Assembly: GCA_035643355.1 (NCBI GenBank)
Contig: DASQQQ010000019.1
Coordinates: 1 to 30,940, forward strand
Length of the DNA stretch: 30,940 nucleotides
Source: Actinomycetota bacterium
GTDB lineage: Bacteria > Actinomycetota > UBA4738 > HRBIN12
Reading direction: 5' to 3'
The notes under the pieces were generated by a model. It made no database searches. It was not told the origin of the DNA and worked only from the letters and a program-made list of their open reading frames with translations. Made by a program: the position numbers and the translations under genes. This document shows, piece after piece, positions 1 through 8,818 of this stretch. Position 1 is the stretch's first letter. Every line of letters begins with the position of its first letter.

Positions 1-737
1 CGGCCGACTGCGCGTACCTCGTGGACAAGTTCTCCCGAGGCTTCGACCACCTGATCTACGTGTGGGGCGCCGACCACCACGGGGACGTGGTGCGCGTGAG
101 GGGGGCGGCGGAGGCGCTCGGGTTCGACCCCGACGCGGTCGAGATGATCCTGTACCAGTGGGTGGCCCTGTACCGGGGGGGCCGGACGGTGGGGATGAGC
201 AAGCGCGCCGGCACGCTGGTCACGCTCGACGAGCTGCTCGACGAGGTGGGGGCGGACGCCACCCGGTTCACGCTCCTGTCCCGGTCGAACGATGCGACGA
301 TCGACTTCGACATCGAGGCCGTGAAGCAGCGGTCGATGGAGAACCCCGTCTACTACGTGCAGTACGGGCATGCGCGGATCGCCAGCATCCTGCGGCACGC
401 GGCCCAACGCGGCCTGGACCTGCTCCCGGTGGAGGAGGCCGATCTGTCCCAGTTGAGGACCGAGAGCGAGCTGGACCTGCTCCGGGCCGTGGCCGAGATG
501 CCGGAGCAGGTGGCCCAGGCCGCCACCCTGCGGGCCCCGCACCGCCTGACCCACTACGCTCAGGCGCTGGCCGCGCAGTTCCATCGCTTCTACACGGAGT
601 GTCGGGTGGTGACCGAGGATCGGGCCTTGACCCAGGCCCGGCTGTGGCTCTGCACCGGCACCAAGCAGACCATCGCGAACGTCCTCGGGCTGCTCGGCGT
701 CTCGGCCCCCGAGTCCATGGAACGGACCGATGCGTGA
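1..737 (+). CDS. argS: Arginine--tRNA ligase, C-terminal part (5' truncated by window edge)
   Basis: The frame is open from the window start. It contains GADHHG, the KMSKS-like MSKRAG, ENPVYYVQYGHARIASI and a DALR-type anticodon-binding C-terminus. It lies upstream of lysA, as in actinobacterial argS-lysA operons. Confidence 0.96.
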   Translation, partial: ADCAYLVDKFSRGFDHLIYVWGADHHGDVVRVRGAAEALGFDPDAVEMILYQWVALYRGGRTVGMSKRAGTLVTLDELLDEVGADATRFTLLSRSNDATIDFDIEAVKQRSMENPVYYVQYGHARIASILRHAAQRGLDLLPVEEADLSQLRTESELDLLRAVAEMPEQVAQAATLRAPHRLTHYAQALAAQFHRFYTECRVVTEDRALTQARLWLCTGTKQTIANVLGLLGVSAPESMERTDA

Positions 738-2571
738 CGCGCTGGACCGGCCCTCGGCACCGGGCGATCCCTGGCCGTCGGCCGCGACCTTCGGGCCGGA
801 GGGGCTCCGGATCGCCGGCGCCCGGGCGCTCGAGCTGGCGGAGCGGTACGGCACCCCGCTCCTGGTCGTGGACGAGGAGCACCTGCGCGCCCGATGCCGG
901 GCCTTCGCGGAGCTGTTCCCGCATCCGCTCTACGCGGTCAAGGCGTTCACGTCGCGTGGGGCGATCCGGATCGCCGCTGAGGAAGGCCTCGACCTGCTGG
1001 CCGCCACCCGGGGTGAGCTCGAAGCGTGCCTGCGCGCCGGCGTCCCGGCGGAGCGAATCGTGCTGCACGGCAACAACAAGTCCGAGCGCGAGCTCCACCT
1101 GGCGGTCGACGAGGGGATCCGCCTGGTCAACGTCGACAACCGGGACGAGCTCCAGCGCCTGTCCGCGATCGCCGAGGCCGCCGGGGTGGAGCAGCCGATC
1201 CTGATCCGGGTCGTCCCCGAGATCGTGGCCGGCGGGCACGAGAAGATCCGCACCGGTCACCGCGGGTCGAAGTTCGGTCTCCCGCTGGAGGAGGTCCCGG
1301 ATGCCGTGTCCGAGGCGGTGGCCCTCCCCGGCGTGCGCCCGCTGGGCATCCACGCGCACGTCGGTTCTCAGGTCCTCGAGCCGGGTCCCTTCCTGGAGGC
1401 GGTGGACGTCCTGCTCGATCTCCTGGTGCGGGTGCGCGAGGTATCCGGGTGCGAGGCGGAGGTCCTCGACCTGGGTGGAGGATTCGGGGTGGCCTACACG
1501 GATGAGTCGCCACCATCGTTGGAGACGCTCGCTCCGGCGCTGCTCGGCCGGGTGCGGGAGGGCGCTCGGTCCCGGGGCCTGGCGGTCCCGCACGTCTTGG
1601 TCGAGCCGGGCCGAGCGGTGGTGGGCGGGGCCATGGTCACCCTGTACCGGGTGGGCGCCGTGAAGCGGGCCGGTGAGCGGCTCCTCGTGGCGGTGGACGG
1701 CGGGATGTCGGACAACATCCGCCCCATGCTGTATGGCGCTCGGTACACGGTGGCACCGGCCGGCACCGAACGCCCGGGCGGGCCGACGACGGTGGACGTG
1801 GTGGGCAAGCACTGCGAGTCCGGCGACCTGTTGGCTCGGGACGTGCGGCTCCCGTGGCCGCCGCAGCGGGACGACCTGTTGGCCTTCGCGGCCACCGGCG
1901 CGTACACGTACTCGATGGCCAGCAACTACAACCGGGTCGGCCGGCCCGCGGTGGTGGCCGTCCGGCGGGGTGAGGTCCGGCCGTGGCTGCGCCGGGAGGA
2001 CCCGGCCGACCTCGATCGGTTGGAGGTGGCCCTGGAGGACCGGCCGATGCCCGAGCCGCCGGCCGAGGTCGAGGTCCGCCCGGCCCGCCCCGCGGACACG
2101 GACTCGTTCCTGGATGCCTATCGGAGCGTGGCCGCGGAGCGTCGGTTCATCCAGACCGAGGTCGTCACCGGAACCCCCCGCCAGTACCGACGGACGTTCC
2201 GCCGCGCCTGGACCTCCGAGGAGGCCACCCTGATGGCGCTCGCGGCCGGCCGCGTCGTGGGGAGCCTGTCGATCCGGCGCGACCCGCAGGGCGCCACCCG
2301 CCACGTGGCGACCCTGGGCATGTTCGTCCTGGACGGATGGCGTGGCCGGGGCGTGGGCTCGGCGCTCATGGCCGAGGCGCTCCGGTGGGCGCGGGCGCAG
2401 GGGGTCCGACGCGTGGAGCTCACGGTCTATCCGCACAACCGGGCCGCCCTGGCCCTGTACCGGCGCTTCGGCTTCGTGGAGGAAGGTAGGCTCATCCGGC
2501 ACGCGAGGAAGTCGTACGGGTACGAGGACGAGATCCTGATGGCGGTGTGGCTGGGCTCGGAGGGGGCGTGA
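730..2571 (+). CDS. lysA: Diaminopimelate decarboxylase fused to a C-terminal GNAT N-acetyltransferase domain (GNAT from about 2047)
   Basis: LysA motifs: YAVKAF (PLP lysine), HAHVGSQ, EPGR, VVGKHCESGD, GAYTYSMASNYN. The frame continues for about 174 aa with GNAT motif A WRGRGVGSAL and ELTVYPHNRAALALYRRFGF. The start overlaps the argS stop. Confidence 0.93.
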   Translation: MRDALDRPSAPGDPWPSAATFGPEGLRIAGARALELAERYGTPLLVVDEEHLRARCRAFAELFPHPLYAVKAFTSRGAIRIAAEEGLDLLAATRGELEACLRAGVPAERIVLHGNNKSERELHLAVDEGIRLVNVDNRDELQRLSAIAEAAGVEQPILIRVVPEIVAGGHEKIRTGHRGSKFGLPLEEVPDAVSEAVALPGVRPLGIHAHVGSQVLEPGPFLEAVDVLLDLLVRVREVSGCEAEVLDLGGGFGVAYTDESPPSLETLAPALLGRVREGARSRGLAVPHVLVEPGRAVVGGAMVTLYRVGAVKRAGERLLVAVDGGMSDNIRPMLYGARYTVAPAGTERPGGPTTVDVVGKHCESGDLLARDVRLPWPPQRDDLLAFAATGAYTYSMASNYNRVGRPAVVAVRRGEVRPWLRREDPADLDRLEVALEDRPMPEPPAEVEVRPARPADTDSFLDAYRSVAAERRFIQTEVVTGTPRQYRRTFRRAWTSEEATLMALAAGRVVGSLSIRRDPQGATRHVATLGMFVLDGWRGRGVGSALMAEALRWARAQGVRRVELTVYPHNRAALALYRRFGFVEEGRLIRHARKSYGYEDEILMAVWLGSEGA

Positions 2572-3857
2572 TCGACCGGAGGCTGCGCGTGGGGGTGCTC
2601 GGTGCGGGCACCGTGGGGGCGGCGGTGATCCGTCTGCTCGAGCGACACCGCGGCGACATCACGCGGCGCGCGGGCTGCGAGCTGGAGGTGGCCTCGGTGG
2701 CCGTGCGCGACCCGGCCAAGGCTCGGGACGTCCCGCTCGACCCGCCCCGATCCACCACCGATCCGATGGAGGTGGTCGACGATCCGAGCATCGATATCGT
2801 CTGCGAGCTCATCGGGGGCACGGAGCCGGCCGGGTCGCTGATCCTGGCGGCGCTCGAGCGCGGCAAGCCGGTGGTCACCGCGAACAAGGAGCTGCTCGCC
2901 AACCGGGGCCGTGAGATCCTCGACGCTGCCGACGCCAAGGGGTTGGATCTGTTCTTCGAGGCCGCCGTGGGGGGAGGGATCCCTCTGATCCGGCCGCTCA
3001 AGGAGTCGCTCACCGGCGAGCGGCTGTCCCGGGTGATGGGCATCGTGAACGGCACCACGAACTTCATCCTGTCCCGGATGGCCGAGGAGGATCGACCGTT
3101 CGACGAGGTCCTGACCGAGGCCCAGCGCCTGGGGTACGCGGAGGCGGACCCCACGGCGGACGTGGAGGGCTTCGATGCCGCGGCGAAGTGCGCGATCTTG
3201 GCCTCCATCGCCTTCAACGCCCGGGTGGTGGCCGGAGACGTGTACCGGGAGGGGATCGCCCGGGTCACGAACGAGGACATCGGATACGCGCGACGATTGG
3301 GGTACGTCGTGAAGCTGCTCGCGATCGCGGAGTTCGACGGCGAGCGGATCGCCGCCCGCGTCCATCCGGCGATGATCCCTGCCTCGCATCCCCTGGCCGC
3401 CGTCCGGGACGCCTTCAACGCGGTGTTCGTGGAGGGGCCGAACGTCGGGGAGCTGATGTTCTACGGGCGCGGGGCCGGCGGGGAGCCCACGGCCACGGCC
3501 GTGGTGGGTGACCTGGTGGCGGCGGCCCGGAACCTCCAGAACGGCACGCGCGGGGTGGGGTGCACCTGCTTCTGGGAGCGGACGATCCGGCCCATGGAAG
3601 AGCTCGCGGACCAGTACTACATCCTGCTGCGGGTGCAGGACCGCCCGGGCGTGTTGGCCGAGATCTCCCGCGTGTTCGGCGACAACGACGTGTCGATCCG
3701 GAGCGTGTGGCAGGAGGGGGGCGGGGCCGACGCCAAGCTCGTCTTCGTCACGCACCGGGCACTCGAGGGGAACTTCCAGCACGCGGTCGCCGCCCTGGAC
3801 GACCTGCCCGCGGTGGAAGAGGTGCGCAGCGTGGTCCGGGTGGAGGCGGAGGAGTGA
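2568..3857 (+). CDS. hom: Homoserine dehydrogenase with C-terminal ACT domain
   Basis: Motifs GAGTVG (NAD binding), [37 protein letters not shown] and YGRGAGG. ACT motif [10 protein letters not shown]. The GTG start overlaps the lysA stop (GTGA). Confidence 0.96.
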   Translation: MIDRRLRVGVLGAGTVGAAVIRLLERHRGDITRRAGCELEVASVAVRDPAKARDVPLDPPRSTTDPMEVVDDPSIDIVCELIGGTEPAGSLILAALERGKPVVTANKELLANRGREILDAADAKGLDLFFEAAVGGGIPLIRPLKESLTGERLSRVMGIVNGTTNFILSRMAEEDRPFDEVLTEAQRLGYAEADPTADVEGFDAAAKCAILASIAFNARVVAGDVYREGIARVTNEDIGYARRLGYVVKLLAIAEFDGERIAARVHPAMIPASHPLAAVRDAFNAVFVEGPNVGELMFYGRGAGGEPTATAVVGDLVAAARNLQNGTRGVGCTCFWERTIRPMEELADQYYILLRVQDRPGVLAEISRVFGDNDVSIRSVWQEGGGADAKLVFVTHRALEGNFQHAVAALDDLPAVEEVRSVVRVEAEE

Positions 3858-4909
3858 GCGCTCGGCCCTGGCGAGGCGTGATCGAAGAGTACCGCGACCG
3901 GCTGCCCGTCTCGGACGCCACACCGCTGGTCAGCCTGGGGGAAGGCGGGACCCCGTTGGTCCGCTCGGACGCCCTCTCGTCCGAGACCGGGTGCGAGGTG
4001 TACCTGAAGTACGAGGGGGCCAACCCCACCGGTTCGTTCAAGGATCGGGGGATGACCCTGGCCATCTCCAAGGCCCTGGAGGAGGGTTCGAAGGCGGTGG
4101 TGTGCGCCTCGACGGGCAACACCAGCGCGTCGGCGGCCGCCTACGCGGCGAAGGCCGGCCTGACCAGCGCGGTGCTGGTGCCCAAGGGGAAGGTGGCGCT
4201 GGGGAAGATGGCGCAGACGCTGATCCACGGGGCTCGGGTCCTGGAGGTCGATGGGAACTTCGACGCATCGCTAGACCTGGCTCGGGACCTGTCCCGGCAC
4301 TACCCGGTCACGCTGGTGAACTCCGTGAACCCGTACCGGATCCAGGGCCAGAAGAGCTGCGCGTTCGAGATCTGCGACGCGCTGGGCGGAGCGCCCGACC
4401 TCCACTGCGTGCCGGTGGGCAACGCCGGGAACATCACCAGCCACTGGATGGGCTACCGCGAGTACCTGGCCGATGGGCTCGTGGCGGAGCCACCCCAGCT
4501 GTTCGGTTTCCAGGCCAAGGGCGCGGCCCCCATCGTCCGGGGCGAGCCGGTGCCCGATCCCTCCACCATCGCCACCGCGATCCGGATCGGGAACCCCGCC
4601 TCCTGGGAGCAGGCGGTGGCGGCGGCGCGTGAGTCGGAGGGCGCCATCGCGGCGGTCACGGATCGACAGATCCTGGCGGCGTACCGGCGGCTGGCGCGCG
4701 AGGGCCTGTTCGTGGAGCTCGCTTCGGCGGCGTCGGTGGCGGGCCTGCTACAGCGCTCCTCGGACCGCCAGCTGCCCCGCGGCGCGACGGTGGTGTGCGT
4801 GCTCACCGGTCACGGCCTGAAGGATCCCGAGTGGGCCATCACCGGGGCCGGCCACCCACCCACCGTGCCGGTCGATCCCGCCGCGGTGGCGGTCGAGCTG
4901 GGGTTGTAG
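3854..4909 (+). CDS. thrC: Threonine synthase
   Basis: Motifs [19 protein letters not shown] (PLP lysine), [17 protein letters not shown] and [12 protein letters not shown] overlap with hom. Confidence 0.96.
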   Translation: MSARPWRGVIEEYRDRLPVSDATPLVSLGEGGTPLVRSDALSSETGCEVYLKYEGANPTGSFKDRGMTLAISKALEEGSKAVVCASTGNTSASAAAYAAKAGLTSAVLVPKGKVALGKMAQTLIHGARVLEVDGNFDASLDLARDLSRHYPVTLVNSVNPYRIQGQKSCAFEICDALGGAPDLHCVPVGNAGNITSHWMGYREYLADGLVAEPPQLFGFQAKGAAPIVRGEPVPDPSTIATAIRIGNPASWEQAVAAARESEGAIAAVTDRQILAAYRRLAREGLFVELASAASVAGLLQRSSDRQLPRGATVVCVLTGHGLKDPEWAITGAGHPPTVPVDPAAVAVELGL

Positions 4910-4913
4910 CAGC

Positions 4914-5798
4914 GTGCGGCTGCGCGCGGTGGTCCCGGCCACCTCGGCCAACCTCGGTCCGGGGTTCGACTGCTTCGGGCTGGCCCTGGACCTCTGCAAC
5001 GAGGTGACGCTGGACACCGAGGCACGGCCCGGCGTGCGCTGGGACGGCGAGGGCGCCCAGGAGCTCCCCACCGACGGGACCGACGTGGTGAGCCGGGCCA
5101 TCGCGGCGGCCGTGGAGCGCCGACGCCGACACCACCCCGAGATCTCGGCGCCCCCCTTCGGGCTCTACGGCGTGAACCGGATCCCGCTGGAGCGGGGCCT
5201 GGGCTCCTCGTCCGCTGCCGCGGTAGCGGGCACGGCGCTGGCCGCCGCGCTCCTCGGTCCGGTCGGCTGGGAGGACCTTCCCACCACCTTCGCGTACGCC
5301 GCGGAGCTCGAGGGACACCCCGACAACGCTGCCCCCGCGGCGTTCGGTGGCCTGACGGTGATCGCGGACGGCGGCGTGCACCGGCTGGACGTGCATCGGG
5401 CGATCCGGCCGGTCGTGCTGGTCCCGCAAGACGTCCGGACCTCCACCACGCGGGCCAGGCGCGAACTGCCGGCCCGCGTTCTCCTGGCCGATGCGATCTA
5501 CAACGTCGCCCACGGCGCCCTGGCGGTGAGGGCCCTCACCTCCGGCGATCTCGATCTGCTGCTGGTGTCCCTGCGGGACCGCCTGCACGAGCGGATCCGC
5601 CTGTCCTCGGTTCCCGCGGTCGAGGAGACCCTCGACCGGCTCCGCCGCTCGCAGGTCCCCGCCTGCGTCTCGGGATCGGGTCCATCGCTGCTGGCGTTCG
5701 AAGGGGACGGTCGTCCTGTCCCGCATCCGGGCCCAGGGTGGCAGGTGCTGCCACTCGCCGTCCGAGCCACGGGGGCGGAGGTGATCCGCGAAGGCTAG
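4914..5798 (+). CDS. thrB: Homoserine kinase (GHMP family)
   Basis: Motifs VPATSANLGPGFD, PLERGLGSS, EGHPDN and SGSGPS. It follows thrC. Confidence 0.95.
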   Translation: MRLRAVVPATSANLGPGFDCFGLALDLCNEVTLDTEARPGVRWDGEGAQELPTDGTDVVSRAIAAAVERRRRHHPEISAPPFGLYGVNRIPLERGLGSSSAAAVAGTALAAALLGPVGWEDLPTTFAYAAELEGHPDNAAPAAFGGLTVIADGGVHRLDVHRAIRPVVLVPQDVRTSTTRARRELPARVLLADAIYNVAHGALAVRALTSGDLDLLLVSLRDRLHERIRLSSVPAVEETLDRLRRSQVPACVSGSGPSLLAFEGDGRPVPHPGPGWQVLPLAVRATGAEVIREG

Positions 5799-6616
5799 GG
5801 CCGGACGATCACCGGCGTGCCCGGCCGGAGCAGGGGACGGAGCCGGGCCAGGGCCTGCTCGGACACGCGGAGGCATCCCGCGCTGGCGGACGTGCCGATG
5901 GTGGACGGCGCGCTCGTCCCGTGGATCGCCAGCTGGTCTCCGCCCCACCACCCCGCCGGCAGGTGCGACTGGATCCCCGAGATCCCGAAGGCGAAGCTCC
6001 CGTACGCACTGCCCGGGGAGAAGGGCACGCGGTCGGTGACGAAGTAGCGCCCCGTCGGGGTGGGCGTGGATGGAGCGCCGGTGGCGGCGGGGAAGTGGGC
6101 GACGGGGCGCGCTCCGCGCATCACGGTCAGCAGATGGCGAGACAGATCCACCTGCACGCTGATCCGGGTCCCGGTGCGCCGCATGCCCCGGAGGGCGATC
6201 CAACCCGAGCGGAGTCCGGCGCTGTAGGGAACCGCCAGCAACCCGTATCGGCCGTCCGCCGAGGTGCGCCGAACCCACGCGACGATCGGCGCGTGGTAGT
6301 AGCGGGAGACGGCCGGGACCCAGCCGATCAAGCGGCCGGCGCCGGGCTCGGAGCGGATCGGCGTCCGTGCGGTCACCCTGACGAGCAGCGCGCTCCCCGG
6401 CTGCGAACGGTGCGACGATCGGTCGGTGGCAGCGGCGCGCTCGGCGAGCGCCCGGCCCGGCCGGAGTGCGGGTCCGGCACCCCGCGTGATCCCCGCCGTG
6501 GAGGCCACCGGCCGGGCGCTGCTCTCGAGGGAACCCCAGGTCAGCGGGACGGCTGCCATCGCGGCCACGAGGATCAGGGCACGGATCCTGCTCGCTGCGC
6601 GGGTGGTCCGTCCCAT
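5795..6616 (-). CDS. Secreted L,D-transpeptidase (YkuD family)
   Basis: N-terminal basic plus hydrophobic signal-like segment. YkuD motifs VDLSRHLLTV, ATGAPSTPTPTG, AIHGT...SAGCLRV (catalytic His/Cys) and C-terminal PGTPVIV. Confidence 0.88.
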   Translation of the reverse strand: MGRTTRAASRIRALILVAAMAAVPLTWGSLESSARPVASTAGITRGAGPALRPGRALAERAAATDRSSHRSQPGSALLVRVTARTPIRSEPGAGRLIGWVPAVSRYYHAPIVAWVRRTSADGRYGLLAVPYSAGLRSGWIALRGMRRTGTRISVQVDLSRHLLTVMRGARPVAHFPAATGAPSTPTPTGRYFVTDRVPFSPGSAYGSFAFGISGIQSHLPAGWWGGDQLAIHGTSAPSTIGTSASAGCLRVSEQALARLRPLLRPGTPVIVRP

Positions 6617-6703
6617 GCCTCTGCCATCGGCGGTCCGGCCGGCACGCTGAAGGACGGGGCGGATGCCGCGCCGGTGCCGTGTTCGGGGCGGGAACCGGGA
6701 GGT

Positions 6704-7876
6704 TCAGCCCACGCAGGCGCCGGTGGAGACGGCGCGGGTGGAACCGATCGTGTGGGCGAGGCCGGACGAGGCGGCCGTGGACGAGATCGCGTAGCCGATG
6801 TCACGGTCGGTGGTCGAGGCCGCGAACACGATGCCGGCCACGGTCCCGTCCGTGAGGACGAAGGGCCCCCCGGAGTCCCCCGGTTGCACGGTCGTCTGGA
6901 GCTCGTAGACGCTCCGCTCGACCACCTGCCGACCGTAGATGTCCCGGCCCACGGCATCGATCGACCGGCGAACCGCGGCTCCGCTGCCGGTCAGGCTGCC
7001 TCCGCCGGGATAGCCCAGCACCGCACCCCGCGCGCCCCGGACGGCCGGGCTCCCGCTGAGCGGGAGTGGCGGGCCCGGATCGTGCGCCACGTACAGGACG
7101 GCGAGGTCGACGCGCGGGTCGAACATCACGGTGGTGGCCGACTGGCTCGCGCCTCCCTGCGCCTGGACCCTGGGTGCCATCACGCCGGCCACGACGTGTG
7201 CGTTCGTCATCACGTAGTGATCGGCCACCACGAACCCGCTGCCGGACTGGATCTCGCCGCAGGCCTGCCCGACGATCCGGAGGGTGCTGCCCGAGGCGGC
7301 GGCGAAGACGCGCCGGGCCTGGGCCCTGGATGGCGGGTCCACCGAGCCGGCCGGCGCCGGGGGGAGCCCCAGGAACACGTCGGGGAAGCCGTACCGGTTG
7401 AAAAACCTCCGGATCTCGCCGAGCAGCGACGGCGGCCGGGGCAACGAGGCATCGAGGCCCCGGACCACCGCCGAGCCTCGGATCTGGGAGGCGACGGCGG
7501 GGAAGGGTCCGTTCACGAGGTTGAGCGCGACGAACCAGATCGCGAGCAGAGCCGCGCCCATCGAGACGAGCACCCCTCCCCCCGCATCCACCGGCCGCAA
7601 GCCGCTGCGCCTGGCGCGAGCCCGTACCCAGGAGCCGAGGGCCCACCCCAGCGCGTTCCCGATGCTGCCCAGGCCGAGCAGCACGACCACCGCGATCCCG
7701 GCCCGGATGGCGTCCCCTCGGGCCAGGGAGGCGAGCGGGGGACCCAGCAGGGCTCCGGCCAGCAGCCCTAGGGCCAGGCCGCCGAAGGACAGCACCTGCA
7801 GGAGAGCCCCTCGCCGATACCCCAGGTACGCGGCCAGGCCGATCAGCGCGATGAGGAGCACGTCCAGGGCATCCAT
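6704..7876 (-). CDS. marP: MarP-like membrane serine protease (CvpA-like TM N-terminus plus trypsin-like domain)
   Basis: The start is most likely the ATG of MDALDVLL at 7876, followed by four hydrophobic helices. Catalytic triad motifs TNAHVV, DLAVL and PGDSGGP. The Cys pair ACG / TGAC matches the position of the MarP disulfide. Confidence 0.85.
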   Translation of the reverse strand: MDALDVLLIALIGLAAYLGYRRGALLQVLSFGGLALGLLAGALLGPPLASLARGDAIRAGIAVVVLLGLGSIGNALGWALGSWVRARARRSGLRPVDAGGGVLVSMGAALLAIWFVALNLVNGPFPAVASQIRGSAVVRGLDASLPRPPSLLGEIRRFFNRYGFPDVFLGLPPAPAGSVDPPSRAQARRVFAAASGSTLRIVGQACGEIQSGSGFVVADHYVMTNAHVVAGVMAPRVQAQGGASQSATTVMFDPRVDLAVLYVAHDPGPPLPLSGSPAVRGARGAVLGYPGGGSLTGSGAAVRRSIDAVGRDIYGRQVVERSVYELQTTVQPGDSGGPFVLTDGTVAGIVFAASTTDRDIGYAISSTAASSGLAHTIGSTRAVSTGACVG

Positions 7877-7987
7877 GCTCGGCGCTATCGTCTCACCCCC
7901 CACGGCGACGAACCATCGATCCGCGATGAGGTCCTGCTGCCACGCCGCTGCGGCGCACCGGTGCCTGGGCGGACTCCGGGACCCCGC

Positions 7988-7993
7988 TAGACT
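7988..7993 (+). promoter_or_regulatory. Putative -10 element (TAGACT) of a leaderless transcript starting at the GTG at 8000
   Basis: A TANNNT hexamer lies 6 nt before the start codon and there is no Shine-Dalgarno sequence. No -35 element is recognisable. Confidence 0.5.
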
Positions 7994-7999
7994 GGTCGC

Positions 8000-8791
8000 G
8001 TGGTCACGATCGCCCACATCTCCGATCCCCACGTGGGCTCCCCGTACTTCGTCCCCAACCTGATGAACCGCGTGATCGTCGAGCTGAACGAGCTCGCGCC
8101 CGACGTCGTGATCTGCAGCGGCGATCTGACCAACGAAGGGTATCGGCAGGAGTACAAGAACTGGGTGGCCTACGCCGAGCGGATCCGGGCCCCGCTCCAC
8201 ACCGTGCCCGGGAACCACGACGCCCGCAACGTCGGGTACCTGCACTTCGAGGAGCTGATCGGGCCCCGACATTGGTCGATCGATCTGCAGGGGGTCCGGG
8301 TGGTGGGAGCCGACTCCAGCGAGCCCGACCTGAACGAGGGTCAGGTGGGGCGTGAGCGCTACGGCTGGATCCGCGAGCAGTTCGCCGTTCCCGCGGACCT
8401 CAAGGTGTTCGTCCTGCACCACCACCTGCTGCCGGTCCCCGGGACCGGCCGGGAGCGGAGCACGGTGATGGACGCCGGCGACCTGCTCGAGGAACTGATC
8501 GGCGCGGGCGTGAACATCGTCCTGTCCGGGCACAAGCACGTCCCGTACGTGTGGCGTTTGGAGAACCTCTACATCGCCAACGCGGGGACCGTGGCCTCCC
8601 TGCGTCTCCGCGGGTACACGAAACCGTGCTACAACGTGCTCCGGTTCGAGGGGGACGACGTCAAGATCACCCGTCGGTTCCCCTTCGGGGGAGAGAGCAT
8701 CATCGCGCATTTCTCGCTGACCAGCGGTGAGCAGTTCTACCGGGAGTTCGAACCGCCGGTCCAGCAGACCGTTGCGCAGACGGGGGAGTAG
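8000..8791 (+). CDS. Calcineurin-like metallophosphoesterase (Icc/CpdA-like); candidate cDPG hydrolase
   Basis: All five motifs are present: HISDPH (DxH), SGDLT (GD), PGNHD, HHH and SGHKH (GHxH). The substrate is inferred only from gene context. Confidence 0.88.
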   Translation: MVTIAHISDPHVGSPYFVPNLMNRVIVELNELAPDVVICSGDLTNEGYRQEYKNWVAYAERIRAPLHTVPGNHDARNVGYLHFEELIGPRHWSIDLQGVRVVGADSSEPDLNEGQVGRERYGWIREQFAVPADLKVFVLHHHLLPVPGTGRERSTVMDAGDLLEELIGAGVNIVLSGHKHVPYVWRLENLYIANAGTVASLRLRGYTKPCYNVLRFEGDDVKITRRFPFGGESIIAHFSLTSGEQFYREFEPPVQQTVAQTGE

Positions 8792-8818
8792 CCGGAAGTC
8801 GTCTCGCCGGGGGGCATC

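Noticed and set aside
730-2046. LysA domain might be an ornithine, arginine or carboxynorspermidine decarboxylase linked to the pot transporter
   Set aside because: The VVGKHCESGD and SNYN motifs and the argS-lysA-hom context indicate DAP decarboxylase.
268-2502. 744-aa minus-strand ORF, and similar long antisense or alternate-frame ORFs (2427-3923, 5738-7771, 12092-13585, 18995-20707, 19603-21711, 22837-24390, 27737-29632, 28410-29834)
   Set aside because: They are shadow ORFs of well-supported genes. High GC makes stop codons scarce, and the translations are Arg/Pro/Gly/Ala-rich with no family motifs.
7943-7964. Adjacent palindromes CGCCGC-T-GCGGCG and GCACCGGTGC in the divergent marP/phosphoesterase intergenic region
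   Set aside because: They are almost entirely G/C, are expected by chance at this composition, and match no operator consensus I recognise.
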